A stretch of DNA of 63,961 nucleotides, filler included, from Octopus bimaculoides (taxonomy: Eukaryota): assembly GCF_001194135.2 (NCBI RefSeq). It is 5 parts of 5 records of this genome, joined end to end, with 100 filler letters (N's around TTAATTAATTAA, not from the genome) between each part and the next. Parts side by side here need not be neighbours in the genome. Positions count along the whole stretch, not along the records: positions 1 to 24,225 come from NC_068985.1; 4 more parts are not named here. One strand, 5' to 3'. Positions 13,185 through 24,225 of this stretch are shown here, piece by piece. The notes under the pieces are model-generated. The model did no database searches and was not told the origin of the DNA. It saw only the letters and a program-made list of their open reading frames with translations. The first letter of the stretch is position 1. Each line of letters opens with the position of its first letter. The position numbers and the translations under genes are program-made.

Positions 13185-13570
13185 TTTTCTTTCAGTCATT
13201 TGACAGTGGTCATGCTGGAGCACCACCTTTAGTCGAGAAAATCGATCCCAGGACTTATTCTTTGGATGCCTAGTACTTATTCTATCGGTCTCTTTTTGCC
13301 GAACGGCTAAGTTACGGGGACGTAAACACACCACCATCGGTTGTCAAGTGATGTTGGGGGACAAACACAGACACACAAACACACAAACACACACATATAT
13401 ATATATACATATATACGACGGGCTTCTTTCAGTTTCCGTCTACCAAATCCACTCACAAGGCTTTGGGCGGCCCGAGGCTATAGTAGAAGACACTTGCCCA
13501 AGGTGCCGCGCAGTGGGACTGAACCCGGAACCATGTGGTTCGTAAGCAAGCTACTTACCACACAGCCACT
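13185..13570 (-). mobile_element. SINE family B, near full length
   Basis: Head AGTGGCTGTGTGGTAAGTAGCTTGC...GGTTCCGGGTTCAGTCCC, central TTGTGAGTGGATTTGGTAGACGGAAACTGAAAGAAGCCCGTCG, tail CTCCAGCATGACC...TGACTGAAAG. Confidence 0.92.
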
Positions 13571-13589
13571 CAATTTTCCATTTACTTTA

Positions 13590-13850
13590 GGCGTGGTTAT
13601 GTGGTTAAGACGTTCGCTTCTCTACTACATGGTTTCTTATTCAGTCCCACTACTTGAAACCTTGTCCACTACAGCCCAGGGTCGAGCAAGGTCTGATAGG
13701 AAACTGAAAGAAGCCCGTCATGCATATTATATGTGTGTGTATGTGTGCGTGTCATTTTGTCTTGATATCGTACGACAGTTGTAAGCGAGCATCACTGTCA
13801 TAAAAGCGGTGTCATTCATTTCCAGTATTCTACAAAAACAATGTACAACC
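13590..13850 (+). mobile_element. SINE family B variant, head-to-head with the previous copy
   Basis: AGGCGTGGTTATGTGGTTAAGAC...TCAGTCCCACT...GGAAACTGAAAGAAGCCCGTC. Confidence 0.7.
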
Positions 13851-13869
13851 CTGGTAATATAATTCCTTA

Positions 13870-14090
13870 TTTTCAAGGCTGAGAGCAGACAGAATCGTTG
13901 GCACGCCGGGCAGAATGCTTAACAGCATTTCGTCCGTCTTCAGGTTTTGAGTTCAAACTCTGCCGAGGTCTACTTTGCCTTTCGTCATATCGGAGTCAAT
14001 AAAAATAAGTACCAGTTGAGCACTAGGGTCTATGTAATGGACTTACTACCTTCCTTGAAACTTCAGGCCTTGTGCCAAAATTTGAAATCA
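13870..14090 (+). mobile_element. SINE family C copy
   Basis: tRNA-like head GCAGAATCGTTGGCACGCCGGGC...GAGTTCAAACTCTGCCGAGG followed by the family C body. Confidence 0.85.
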
Positions 14091-14095
14091 GTATA

Positions 14096-14260
14096 TGTTG
14101 TGTCGACGCACCCAGGCGAAGAAGTAGGATCTCCCAAGATATATAAATAGGGGTAGTCTGGCCGTGGTAGGAGTGTTGAGTAACTGTCGAGTAGCAGTTG
14201 TGTAGCGGTTGAGTAGAGATCATCAGAAGGTGCTAGATAGCAGTAGCTTGAGACACAACA
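14096..14260 (+). mobile_element. Solo LTR (165 bp)
   Basis: TG...CA ends, perfect 9-bp terminal inverted repeat TGTTGTGTC/GACACAACA, 5-bp direct repeat GTATA at 14091-14095 and 14261-14265, TATAAATA at 14142-14149. Confidence 0.75.
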
Positions 14261-15594
14261 GTATATTATCTCACTTGAAAGCAGTCAAGAAAATGGCAAA
14301 ATCTACCTCAATGATTTCCGTCTGACCCATGCAGACATGGAAACGTTGACGTTAAATCAACTATAATAATATTTCATAATGGTGGCTTCTTAGCTCATTA
14401 GCTAATAAAATTGTTTGAATTACAANNNNNNNNNNNNNNNNNNNNNNNNNNNNNNNNNNNNNNNNNNNNNNNNNNNNNNNNNNNNNNNNNNNNNNNNNNN
14501 NNNNNNNNNNNNNNNNNNNNNNNNNNNNNNNNNNNNNNNNNNNNNNNNNNNNNNNNNNNNNNNNNNNNNNNNNNNNNNNNNNNNNNNNNNNNNNNNNNNN
14601 NNNNNNNNNNNNNNNNNNNNNNNNNNNNNNNNNNNNNNNNNNNNNNNNNNNNNNNNNNNNNNNNNNNNNNNNNNNNNNNNNNNNNNNNNNNNNNNNNNNN
14701 NNNNNNNNNNNNNNNNNNNNNNNNNNNNNNNNNNNNNNNNNNNNNNNNNNNNNNNNNNNNNNNNNNNNNNNNNNNNNNNNNNNNNNNNNNNNNNNNNNNN
14801 NNNNNNNNNNNNNNNNNNNNNNNNNNNNNNNNNNNNNNNNNNNNNNNNNNNNNNNNNNNNNNNNNNNNNNNNNNNNNNNNNNNNNNNNNNNNNNNNNNNN
14901 NNNNNNNNNNNNNNNNNNNNNNNNNNNNNNNNNNNNNNNNNNNNNNNNNNNNNNNNNNNNNNNNNNNNNNNNNNNNNNNNNNNNNNNNNNNNNNNNNNNN
15001 NNNNNNNNNNNNNNNNNNNNNNNNNNNNNNNNNNNNNNNNNNNNNNNNNNNNNNNNNNNNNNNNNNNNNNNNNNNNNNNNNNNNNNNNNNNNNNNNNNNN
15101 NNNNNNNNNNNNNNNNNNNNNNNNNNNNNNNNNNNNNNNNNNNNNNNNNNNNNNNNNNNNNNNNNNNNNNNNNNNNNNNNNNNNNNNNNNNNNNNNNNNN
15201 NNNNNNNNNNNNNNNNNNNNNNNNNNNNNNNNNNNNNNNNNNNNNNNNNNNNNNNNNNNNNNNNNNNNNNNNNNNNNNNNNNNNNNNNNNNNNNNNNNNN
15301 NNNNNNNNNNNNNNNNNNNNNNNNNNNNNNNNNNNNNNNNNNNNNNNNNNNNNNNNNNNNNNNNNNNNNNNNNNNNNNNNNNNNNNNNNNNNNNNNNNNN
15401 NNNNNNNNNNNNNNNNNNNNNNNNNGGAAAGGGTGACATGCATACATACATACATACATACATACATACATACATACATACATACATACATAAATGCATA
15501 CATACACACATACATACATACACGCATGCATGCATGCATGCATGCATGCATACATACATACATACATACATACATACATACATACGTGCGGTTA

Positions 15595-15845
15595 GAAAAA
15601 TACAAGAGAAAGAGGACATCTATAGACCATTGATAAGGAGTTTGCAATCAAGTTCTCAAGATACACTTTCAGCTTCATACCTATTGTGATTGGAGCAACA
15701 GGATGTATACCAACCCGTCTGGAGCAAGGTATGGCTGAACACTGAATCTTGTGAAAAAAATGCAAATCCTTAATTCACACGCTACAAATGATCACGATAT
15801 CTGGGACCATAAAAACCTGCAAGGCCATCATATGATTTAAAGGAT
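15595..15845 (+). mobile_element. 3' fragment of a restriction-like-endonuclease (RLE) non-LTR retrotransposon
   Basis: Frameshifted peptides KIQEKEDIYRPLIRSLQ, PIVIGATGCIP and LQMITISGTIKTCK resemble the RLE C-terminus. Clade uncertain. Confidence 0.6.
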
Positions 15846-15980
15846 GGCGGTTAGATGAAGACCCTTCCCTCCACAACCTTGTTATCAAGTCGGTGGCCGG
15901 TCAAAATTTACTCTAAATTGAAAAGAGAAATAGAAGGCACACATACAAACATGCATACATACATACATACATACATACAT

Positions 15981-16276
15981 GTTGTTGGCACTCCGTCGCT
16001 TATGATGTCGAGGGTTCCAGTTGATCCGATCAACGGAACAGCCTGCTCGTGAAATTAACGTGCAAGTGGCTGAGCACTCCACAGACACGTGTACCCTTAA
16101 CGTAGTTCTCGGGGATATTCAGCATGACACAGTGTGACAAGGCTGGCCCTGTTAATTACAGGCACAACAGAAACAGGAAGTAAGAGTGAGAGAAAGTTGT
16201 GGTGGAAGAGTACAGCAGGGTTCGCCACCATCCCCTGGCGAAGCCTCGTGGAGCTTTAGGCGTTTTCGCTCAATAA
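15981..16276 (-). mobile_element. SINE family A copy (head lost in gap)
   Basis: Family A body and (AAC) tail. Confidence 0.9.
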
Positions 16277-16729
16277 NNNNNNNNNNNNNNNNNNNNNNNN
16301 NNNNNNNNNNNNNNNNNNNNNNNNNNNNNNNNNNNNNNNNNNNNNNNNNNNNNNNNNNNNNNNNNNNNNNNNNNNNNNNNNNNNNNNNNNNNNNNNNNNN
16401 NNNNNNNNNNNNNNNNNNNNNNNNNNNNNNNNNNNNNNNNNNNNNNNNNNNNNNNNNNNNNNNNNNNNNNNNNNNNNNNNNNNNNNNNNNNNNNNNNNNN
16501 NNNNNNNNNNNNNNNNNNNNNNNNNNNNNNNNNNNNNNNNNNNNNNNNNNNNNNNNNNNNNNNNNNNNNNNNNNNNNNNNNNNNNNNNNNNNNNNNNNNN
16601 NNNNNNNNNNNNNNNNNNNNNNNNNNNNNNNNNNNNNNNNNNNNNNNNNNNNNNNNNNNNNNNNNNNNNNNNNNNNNNNNNNNNNNNNNNNNNNNNNNNN
16701 NNNNNNCATACATACATACATACATACAT

Positions 16730-16900
16730 GTTGTTGGCACTCCGTCGCTTATGATGTCGAGGGTTCCAGTTGATCCGATCAACGGAACAGCCAGCTCGTG
16801 AAATCAACGTGCAAGTATCTGAGCATTCCACAGACACGCGTACACTTAGAGTAATTCTCAGGGAGAATCAAGGTGACTCAGCATGTGAAAGGGAAATCCT
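16730..16900 (-). mobile_element. SINE family A 3' fragment
   Basis: First about 80 nt, including the flanking (CATA)n, are identical to the 15981 copy; more diverged after that. Confidence 0.8.
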
Positions 16901-17460
16901 TTGAAATAAAAATACTACTCATTGTTGCCAGCTGAGTGGATTGGAGTAACGTGCCGCCGGGAATCGAACACAGAACCTTACGATCGCGAGCCGAATACCA
17001 TAACTGCTCAACCGCACGCCTTCATTCAAGCCCAGACGTTGCTCTGCAAAATGGTCACTCCACTAAACTCGAGCAGCTTAACGCAGCTAATTCGCTGCGT
17101 GCTCATCAATCTTGGCTTCCGAACACTGAACCAGTTCTTGATATTTAGAAAGCTTTCTTTCACGAGCCTCCTCCTTGTATTATTTTAAGGACGATGTCAA
17201 TTATTTTAAGGACGCCGTCAGCTTCTTAGAGAAATCCAAGTAGATAACTGTCGGGGCAAAATGACGTCTGAGAACTTTAACTGTTTAACAAGCTTCACTC
17301 TCAATCGTCAGTCTGAGACTGTAGAAAATAGATCAATTTGTTGACTTTTCAGCAGCACTAAATGTTCCTTCCTGGGATGGTGTCTTCTGAACTAGATGTT
17401 TGTTTGAAATCACTTCCGCAACTGTATATTTGAGGGTTTATGGAAATCACTTCCGTTCTT

Positions 17461-18565
17461 AAGAGTACACTGGCAAGATTGTCTTGAGAGGACATCTTAG
17501 TCTTCAGAATACTAATTCTTATTCCTGCTTTGCCGCACTTGGCAGCGAATCCACTCAGTGCATGCTGAACATCACCTTCTGATAATCCAAGTAGCACCAT
17601 GTTGTCTTTAAATATCAAGCGACCGATCCTACACCAATAGACTGTGATAGTGCTTCTCCAGTTCATACAAATTATGAAAATGAGAGAAGTCATTATGAAT
17701 CCCTGCCGAAGTCCAACACCCACGCTGAAAGTTTTGACGTAGCAACGTTTACCTGACGACAAACATCTAGGTATTCATATAGAGATTTCACGGCAACCAG
17801 AAATTGTGCATTAATCTCAAGCTCCTACAAAACAGTCTACAGTATATCACGCAGCGTGTGATCATATGTCTGTTCAAGATCTACAAAGCAAGCGTTCACC
17901 TCGTGGCAATATTCCCATGATTTCTCGAAAACCTGCTGTAGAGTGAATACCTGGTCGGGCTTTGTCCACGATGGATGGGAATCAGGAGCTAAATTGGATG
18001 CTAGAATTGTAGGTGCTGGCACTGTAATGGGCCAGCTCCAGCATTCGATCCTCAGAAGAGGGGAAGTTGTTAAAAAAACTGGCAAACTTCAGTTTGGTTT
18101 CCATGGCTATTCTTACCTATCGTCCTGAATTTGTGGTAGTAACCGAAAGAATACGATCGAGAAAACAAGTAGCTGTCATAGGGTTACTCCAAAGGATCTG
18201 TGAATAATGTTACTCGATAGGCTGCATAGCTCGGAAATCAGGGAGTTTCTCTAGGTCGAGCCTCTTCTTCCCCGCATTGAAAAGTCACAGTTCCTGTACA
18301 AAGGAATATCGTAGAAAATAACTGCAAGACGGATTCTTCAAGCCTAGCGAACTGGCTGGAAACTAAGAGGAAACCCAAGAATGAGATAATATCTATAGTT
18401 TCAGCTGGCCACGCTCGGGAATCCTACAGGAAAGTGTAATGATGGTTGCGTCTGATAGGACTCTATAAAAAGGATGTACTTGAGGACTCTACTCTCACGA
18501 TCTTCCTAAGATCGTAGATGGATGGGTGGATGGATGGATGGATGGATGGATGGACGGATGGATGG
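17461..18565. mobile_element. RTE-clade LINE insertion, 5'-truncated with 5' inversion
   Basis: Minus 17970-17461 gives RT motifs DQVFTLQQVFEKSWEY..CFVDLEQTYD, VGVGLRQG, KAGIRISILKTK and LSRQSCQCTL. Plus 17967-18450 gives the downstream part DGNQE..LDARI..ILTY..TERIRS..SSEIREFL..EPLLPRIEKSQ, then a (GGAT)n tail at 18516-18565. 12-bp TSD ACTTCCGTTCTT (17449-17460) and ACTTTCGTTCTT (18566-18577). Confidence 0.88.
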
Positions 18566-20384
18566 ACTTTCGTTCTTTGAAAAAAAAACAAATACATTAC
18601 GTTTGCCCCTCTCTCAAGTTAATTCATCAACCAACGATGCACAGCATTTTGCAGCATGCTCTATCCATACTTTCATTTTTTTTATAAGCTGGTTCAAAAA
18701 CCGATAAAACTAGAACTTTATTTGTGCTAAGGAGGTCTAACATGACTGAAACATAACCAAAACGATGAAAGTTCTTACCAAAGACCAAAATCACGCCCCA
18801 TCGTATTTCTCACGTACAATTTTTAGTTAATTTAATAAAATTTCAATTTGTCTGTCCTGCTTTTATTGTCCAGGATTAATCATTTAGGTAACAGATTTTC
18901 TTACGCATCACAAGTGTGATTTTTATTGGTTGTATATTTGAGCTCGTTACATGAAGAATGTTAGCACCCACTTAACTATTTGTTTTTCTTGCAGAAGGTG
19001 TTCTTGAGAAAATTTTCCCTTAGATCACTCATCTGAATTCCATTTTTTATAAATTGGTATTTTAGCCACCATCAATTATACTTTCGACATAACCAAGGAG
19101 GCTAACTTGGCGGTAAGCTACAAAGACATTGCTAACGAATAAAAGAAAATCTGTAAGGTATAAAGATTGTAATCGGCAAATTACAAAAACCGTTGCCGAG
19201 CGAAAGAAAATCGTAAGCCAAAACGTTGCTCTTGAACGAACGAAAAATCAGTAAGCTAAAAAAGATACTGACAAACGATAGAAAATCTGGAAGATAAAAA
19301 ATTTCCTGCCAAGCATAATTCAGTCTCGATAACTTGAAAAACTTAGAACTTGACAAGACAGTCAATTGTCCAGAAAAATCATTTCCGCTTTCAACTTTCG
19401 TTTCTTTCTTTATTTTACCTTGCTAATAAACAATCAAAAGCTTCTATACTATATTTCATGTTTTCTCTCCCTTCCCCCTCTCTCTCCTTTTCCCTCTCCA
19501 TCTCTAGCTCTTTCTACTTTTTCGGTTAATGCGGTTTTCTCGTTACATACATCTCTTCTCATTTTTCATTCATGAAAGTTTCCCATCCCCGATATGAAGT
19601 TGCCGGCGAAATCTCAAGCTTGCACGCAAAACTTTCTGATTTTAAATAATAATCGATCTGTTGTTCATCCATCGCATTAACTTCATGAAAAATACATCAC
19701 CCACGTGTAGAAAAATGACCAATTCGCTGGAATGGGAGAGAACGAATGGACCATCTCTTCAGACTGCATCATGTGTGTGTGTCGGTGGGTGTAAGTGTGT
19801 GTCGGGGGTAAGTGTGTGTGGGTGTGTAAGTGTGTGTGTGTACTCCTCTTTTTCCATCATTTTGTGTACAGTGTTCATTTAATTGTTTCCATCCGCCAGG
19901 CTTAGTATGTGTATTCATATTGATATATCTCATACTCTCTCTCTCTCTCTCTCTCTCNNNNNNNNNNNNNNNNNNNNNNNNNNNNNNNNNNNNNNNNNNN
20001 NNNNNNNNNNNNNNNNNNNNNNNNNNNNNNNNNNNNNNNNNNNNNNNNNNNNNNNNNNNNNNNNNNNNNNNNNNNNNNNNNNNNNNNNNNNNNNNNNNNN
20101 NNNNNNNNNNNNNNNNNNNNNNNNNNNNNNNNNNNNNNNNNNNNNNNNNNNNNNNNNNNNNNNNNNNNNNNNNNNNNNNNNNNNNNNNNNNNNNNNNNNN
20201 NNNNNNNNNNNNNNNNNNNNNNNNNNNNNNNNNNNNNNNNNNNNNNNNNNNNNNNNNNNNNNNNNNNNNNNNNNNNNNNNNNNNNNNNNNNNNNNNNNNN
20301 NNNNNNNNNNNNNNNNNNNNNNNNNNNNNNNNNNNNNNNNNNNNNNNNNNNNNNNNNNNNNNNNNNNNNNNTTCCGATCTGGTA

Positions 20385-20580
20385 AGTACCTTACTTACTA
20401 ACAACATGGTTCTGGGTTCAGTCCCACTGCGTGGCACCATGGGCAAGTGTCTTCTACTATAGACTCGGGCCTACCAAAGCCTTGTGAGTGGATTTGGTAG
20501 AGGGAAACTGAAAGACGACTGAACCCGGAATTATGTGGTTTGTAAGCAAGCTACTTACCACACAGCCACTCCTGCGCCTA
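20385..20580. mobile_element. SINE family B 5' half (+) fused to an inverted family B head (-)
   Basis: Plus copy at 20385-20515 is followed directly by GACTGAACCCGGAA...CACACAGCCACTCCTGCGCCT, the reverse complement of a family B head. Confidence 0.8.
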
Positions 20581-20599
20581 TATATACATATATATGTAT

Positions 20600-20789
20600 A
20601 TAGGGAGAATTCACCCCCCCCACAAAAAAAAGACGAAGACAGGTGGTGTAGAAAACAAACAGATGTATTAGCATAACGCTCGGGAATTGAAAAAGTATTC
20701 AACGTTTCGAGCCTACGCGCTTCCACAGAAAGGAACACAGAAAGAAACAAGAAGAGAAACAAGGAAAGAACAAAAAAATGTGTGTAGTG

Positions 20790-20800
<11 letters not shown>
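20600..20800 (-). mobile_element. Putative Penelope-like terminal (pLTR) fragment with a degenerate hammerhead-like core
   Basis: Minus strand reads CTTT-CTGTGGA-A-GCGC-GTAG-GCTC-GAAACGTT at 20701-20732, a hammerhead-like layout with mutated core positions. Confidence 0.45.
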
Positions 20801-20831
<31 letters not shown>

Positions 20832-20849
20832 CTACAATATGTGGAAAAT

Positions 20850-21365
20850 CGGTGTGTGTTTGTTTGTGGCGTTGCTATCTAACTCCTACATCGTTTTATT
20901 GATTTTGATGAAACTTGACATGTGTGTAAAACTCATGTCTAGGAACCTCATGACATACTTAGATTGCTGAAAAAATCGATAATACGGCCCCTGGAAGGGA
21001 CCTTTATATCTACCTCATATAACTAATTTTTTTTAAAACATCCAAGGAAAATAACCCACACCACCTGCACAATATTTTTTTAAAGCACTCAAGGGAAATA
21101 ACCCATTTCATTGTTTATGTTCGATTACTTTGAATATTGATTTTTTGTGTGTCCAGTTTCTAATTTTTGCAGACAATATCACCTTTTTACTTTATTTGAC
21201 ACATGTGCAGAACTCATGTCTAGAAACCTCGTGACATACTTAGATTGTTGAAAAAAAATCGATAATAGAACCCATCCAATGGATCCTCCTATCTTCTACA
21301 TATCACTAATATTTTAGTTAAACAACCCAAGGGAAATAACCCATACCACCTGCAGTTTTTAACGA
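20850..21365 (+). mobile_element. Non-autonomous Helitron/DINE-like element with an internal tandem duplication
   Basis: Starts GTGTGTTTGTTTGTGG...ATTGATTTTGATGAAACTTGACATG, a motif typical of Helitron-associated non-autonomous elements. Segment AACTCATGTCTAG..GACATACTTAGATTG..AAAATCGATAATA..GGAAATAACCCA..CCACCTGCA occurs twice, about 280 bp apart. Confidence 0.55.
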
Positions 21366-21394
21366 AACGATCATTCATTTTCTGGGTGTAAATT

Positions 21395-21870
21395 CCACCA
21401 AAATCAACTTTGCCTTTCACCACTTCGAAGTCGATAAAATAAGGTACCAACTAAATATTGTTGGTGATGTAATCGACACTTGTCCCCTACCCTGAAAATT
21501 TGCTGGCGTTGAATCCTGCAACCGTGCAACCGACTGGTCTTCCGTTCAAGAAAAATGTCATCTCGGTCGCTTATACGCCATGCAAACTGTGTCACCGGCC
21601 TTATGAGTCGCGACTAAAGAAGAAAATAATCCTTTCTACTAAAGGCACAAGGCCTGAAATATGGTGGGAGGGGACTAGTCGATTACATCTACCCCTGTAT
21701 TTCACTGGTATTTAATTTATCGACCCCAAAAGGCTGAAAGGTATCGTCGTCCTCGGCGCTGACCATAAATAATCTTTACTACTAAATGTACAACGCTTGA
21801 AATTTGAGAGTGGGGAGGGAACTAGTCAATTACATCTACCCCAGTGTTTCACTGGTATTTAATTTACATA
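21395..21870. mobile_element. Cluster of SINE family C fragments (+, -, -)
   Basis: Family C body motifs at about 21395-21500 (+), 21630-21760 (-) and 21775-21870 (-). Confidence 0.7.
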
Positions 21871-22389
21871 TAGTCTTAAAAAGATCACGATGGTTCTGGA
21901 CTCCCCGTACAAGGATATTCTCTAAAATAAATACTTGCATTGAAGCCAACAAGAGAGCGCCAACATAGTCTCTCGAAATTGCTAGAAACAAGAGCCAAAT
22001 CTCCTTCAAATTACCCACTCGTCCTTTTAAAAAGGACGAGTGTTGCTTGTACATAGAGAAAGGAGAAATGCTTACGACTTGAATAAAATGCCCTTAGTCA
22101 GGGCTGACATTGAACTAAACAACAGAAGACAATAAAACTGTGAACAGTGTGCTGCCTAGTGGTTGCTGTGTTCTACTCACGATTGTACTGTCGTAGGTTC
22201 AATTCCTGAGTTGGGCCGTTCATTGTGTCCTTGAGCAAGGAAATTCATTTCATGTTGCTCCGAACAACCTCTCCCTCCCCCCTCTCTCTCTTTCTCTCCC
22301 TTTCGTTTCAGTTTTTACATTCTGGTTACTTCGTTTGGGTCAAGGATAACAGGGCCGAAAGGATGTGTATGCTCTTGACTACATAGCAT

Positions 22390-22710
22390 AGGCGCAGGAG
22401 TGGCTGTGTGGTAAGTAGCTTGCCTACCAACCACATGGTTCCGGGTTCAGTCCCACTGCGTGGCATCTTGGGCAAGTGTCTTCTACTATAGCCTCGGGCC
22501 GACCAACGCCTTGTGAGTGGATTTGTCCTCCCAACATCACTTGACAACCGATGCCGGTGTGTTAACGCCCCCGTAACTTGGCGGTTCGGCAAATTAGACC
22601 GATAGAATAAGTACTAGGCTTCCAAAGAATAAGTCCTGAGGTCGATTTGCTCGACTAAAGGCGGTGCTCCAGCATGGCCACAGTCAAGTGACTGAAACAA
22701 GTAAAAGAGT
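22390..22710 (+). mobile_element. SINE family B, near full length with internal deletion
   Basis: AGGCGCAGGAGTGGCTGTGTGGTAAGTAGC head through the GTGCTCCAGCATGGCC...GACTGAAACAAGTAAAAGAGT tail. Confidence 0.92.
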
Positions 22711-23371
22711 AGGCACCTAAAGCAATTGACGGCTTTCATATCCAGTACAATAACATCGGAGACAGATCGAGGCGTTCATGCCTTTCTCAAAAGGATGGGC
22801 TAAGAAATGATGATGAAGATGACGATGATGACGACTATGATGATGATGATGATGATGATGATGTCAACGACACTCATGACGGCGAAGACCGTGGTAGTGG
22901 TTGTGGTGGTGGTGGTGACGAAGTTGACGATGATGACTTTGACTGTCGCTGACCTGCCGTTAATGGACGCTAATGATAGACCTGATCACTATAATGATGT
23001 GACGACGACGAGGCTGACGAGTGCAAAGACAACAGCTAATCGTCGTGTTTTTGTTTTTCTTGTTTGTTTTTGTTTTCTGTGTGTAGTTCTTATGTAATCC
23101 GGACGTTGGCCAGCAGCCAAGAACTATATAAATACATAAATAGATAGATAGATACACACTTAAAAGGGATTGAGTACATATTGAAGACTGAGAAAGAGTG
23201 GGTGGTTTATTAGAGAGAAAAAAAAGAGAGGAAGAGAGAGAGAGAGGGGGAGAATGAAACAGAGAGAAAGAGAGAAGCGAAAAGAGAGGAAGAAAGAAAA
23301 GACCGTGTGAGAAGAGAACAGTGAAATCAAAGCAAAACAAGGCTGGGCCTGACCCAAAGCCATACGTACAT

Positions 23372-23471
23372 TGTTTACCGCGCCCGTCACTTCAAGCTTA
23401 CGCGTTGTTCTACGACACAAGCTTTGTTATCCAATCAGAAGCGTCGCTTGTTGCTTGTTAGCCATATATGG
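23372..23471. promoter_or_regulatory. Candidate promoter/enhancer motif cluster (forkhead, CRE half-site, CCAAT, CArG)
   Basis: TGTTTAC 23372-23378, CGTCA 23385-23389, CCAATCAG 23431-23438 and a perfect CC(A/T)6GG box CCATATATGG 23462-23471. Sits in CpG-containing, non-repeat sequence flanked by GA-rich and CT-rich tracts. Confidence 0.4.
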
Positions 23472-23806
23472 AAATATATCGTGTCTCTCCTCACACCCAC
23501 GTCTTCTTCTTAGTCTGTCTTTCTGCTTTTTTTTCCCCTTCACCCTTCGTTTTATTTTGTCTTCGTTCCACGCTCTTTCATTGTCTTCCTTCTTCATTCT
23601 CTTAGTCACTCTCTATTTCTCTCTATCAAAGCTACTCTTCCTGCCACTCAGACACCCACTTCGTGGCTCTCTTATAGTATTTCTTACTTCATTGTTTTGC
23701 TCCCTGTCTCTCTCTGTTTTCTTCGCACTTTCCTTCTCTCTGTCATCCCGTTTCCTTTCTTCCTCTACTTTTGTCTTTCACTCTCTTCACTCTGTAGCAT
23801 GTTTGA

Positions 23807-23845
<39 letters not shown>

Positions 23846-24225
23846 GCCCTTAGTTCTTTCTCTCTCTCACACATTCTCTCGCTCCCTCTCTCTCTCTCTC
23901 TCTTTCCTTCTTTCTCTTTCTGCATTTAGTTCTTTTTCTCTCTCACACATTCTCTCTCTCTCTCGCTCTCTCTCTCTCGCTCTCACTCTCTCTCTCCCCT
24001 CCTTCTCCCTGTCTCACTCATAGTACAGCCGCCTCAACCTAACCTCCGCTCTTATTTACATGCAAATCACTTCGCTTCCGGCATCTGCACCTTAAGGCTC
24101 ACCTTTTCCTTACACTTTTACTTCATCTTTCTCGTCGCCTTTCATCATCACTTCCCTTTTCTTCTTCTTCTTTTTCTTCTTCTTCTTCTTCTTCTTCTTC
24201 TTCTTCTTCTTCTTCTTCTTCTTCT

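Noticed and set aside
18975-19660. Possible splice acceptor (TTTTTCTTGCAG at about 18995) and promoter-like sequence around 19560-19660
   Set aside because: No open frame after the acceptor and no defined motif cluster; cannot be supported from sequence alone.
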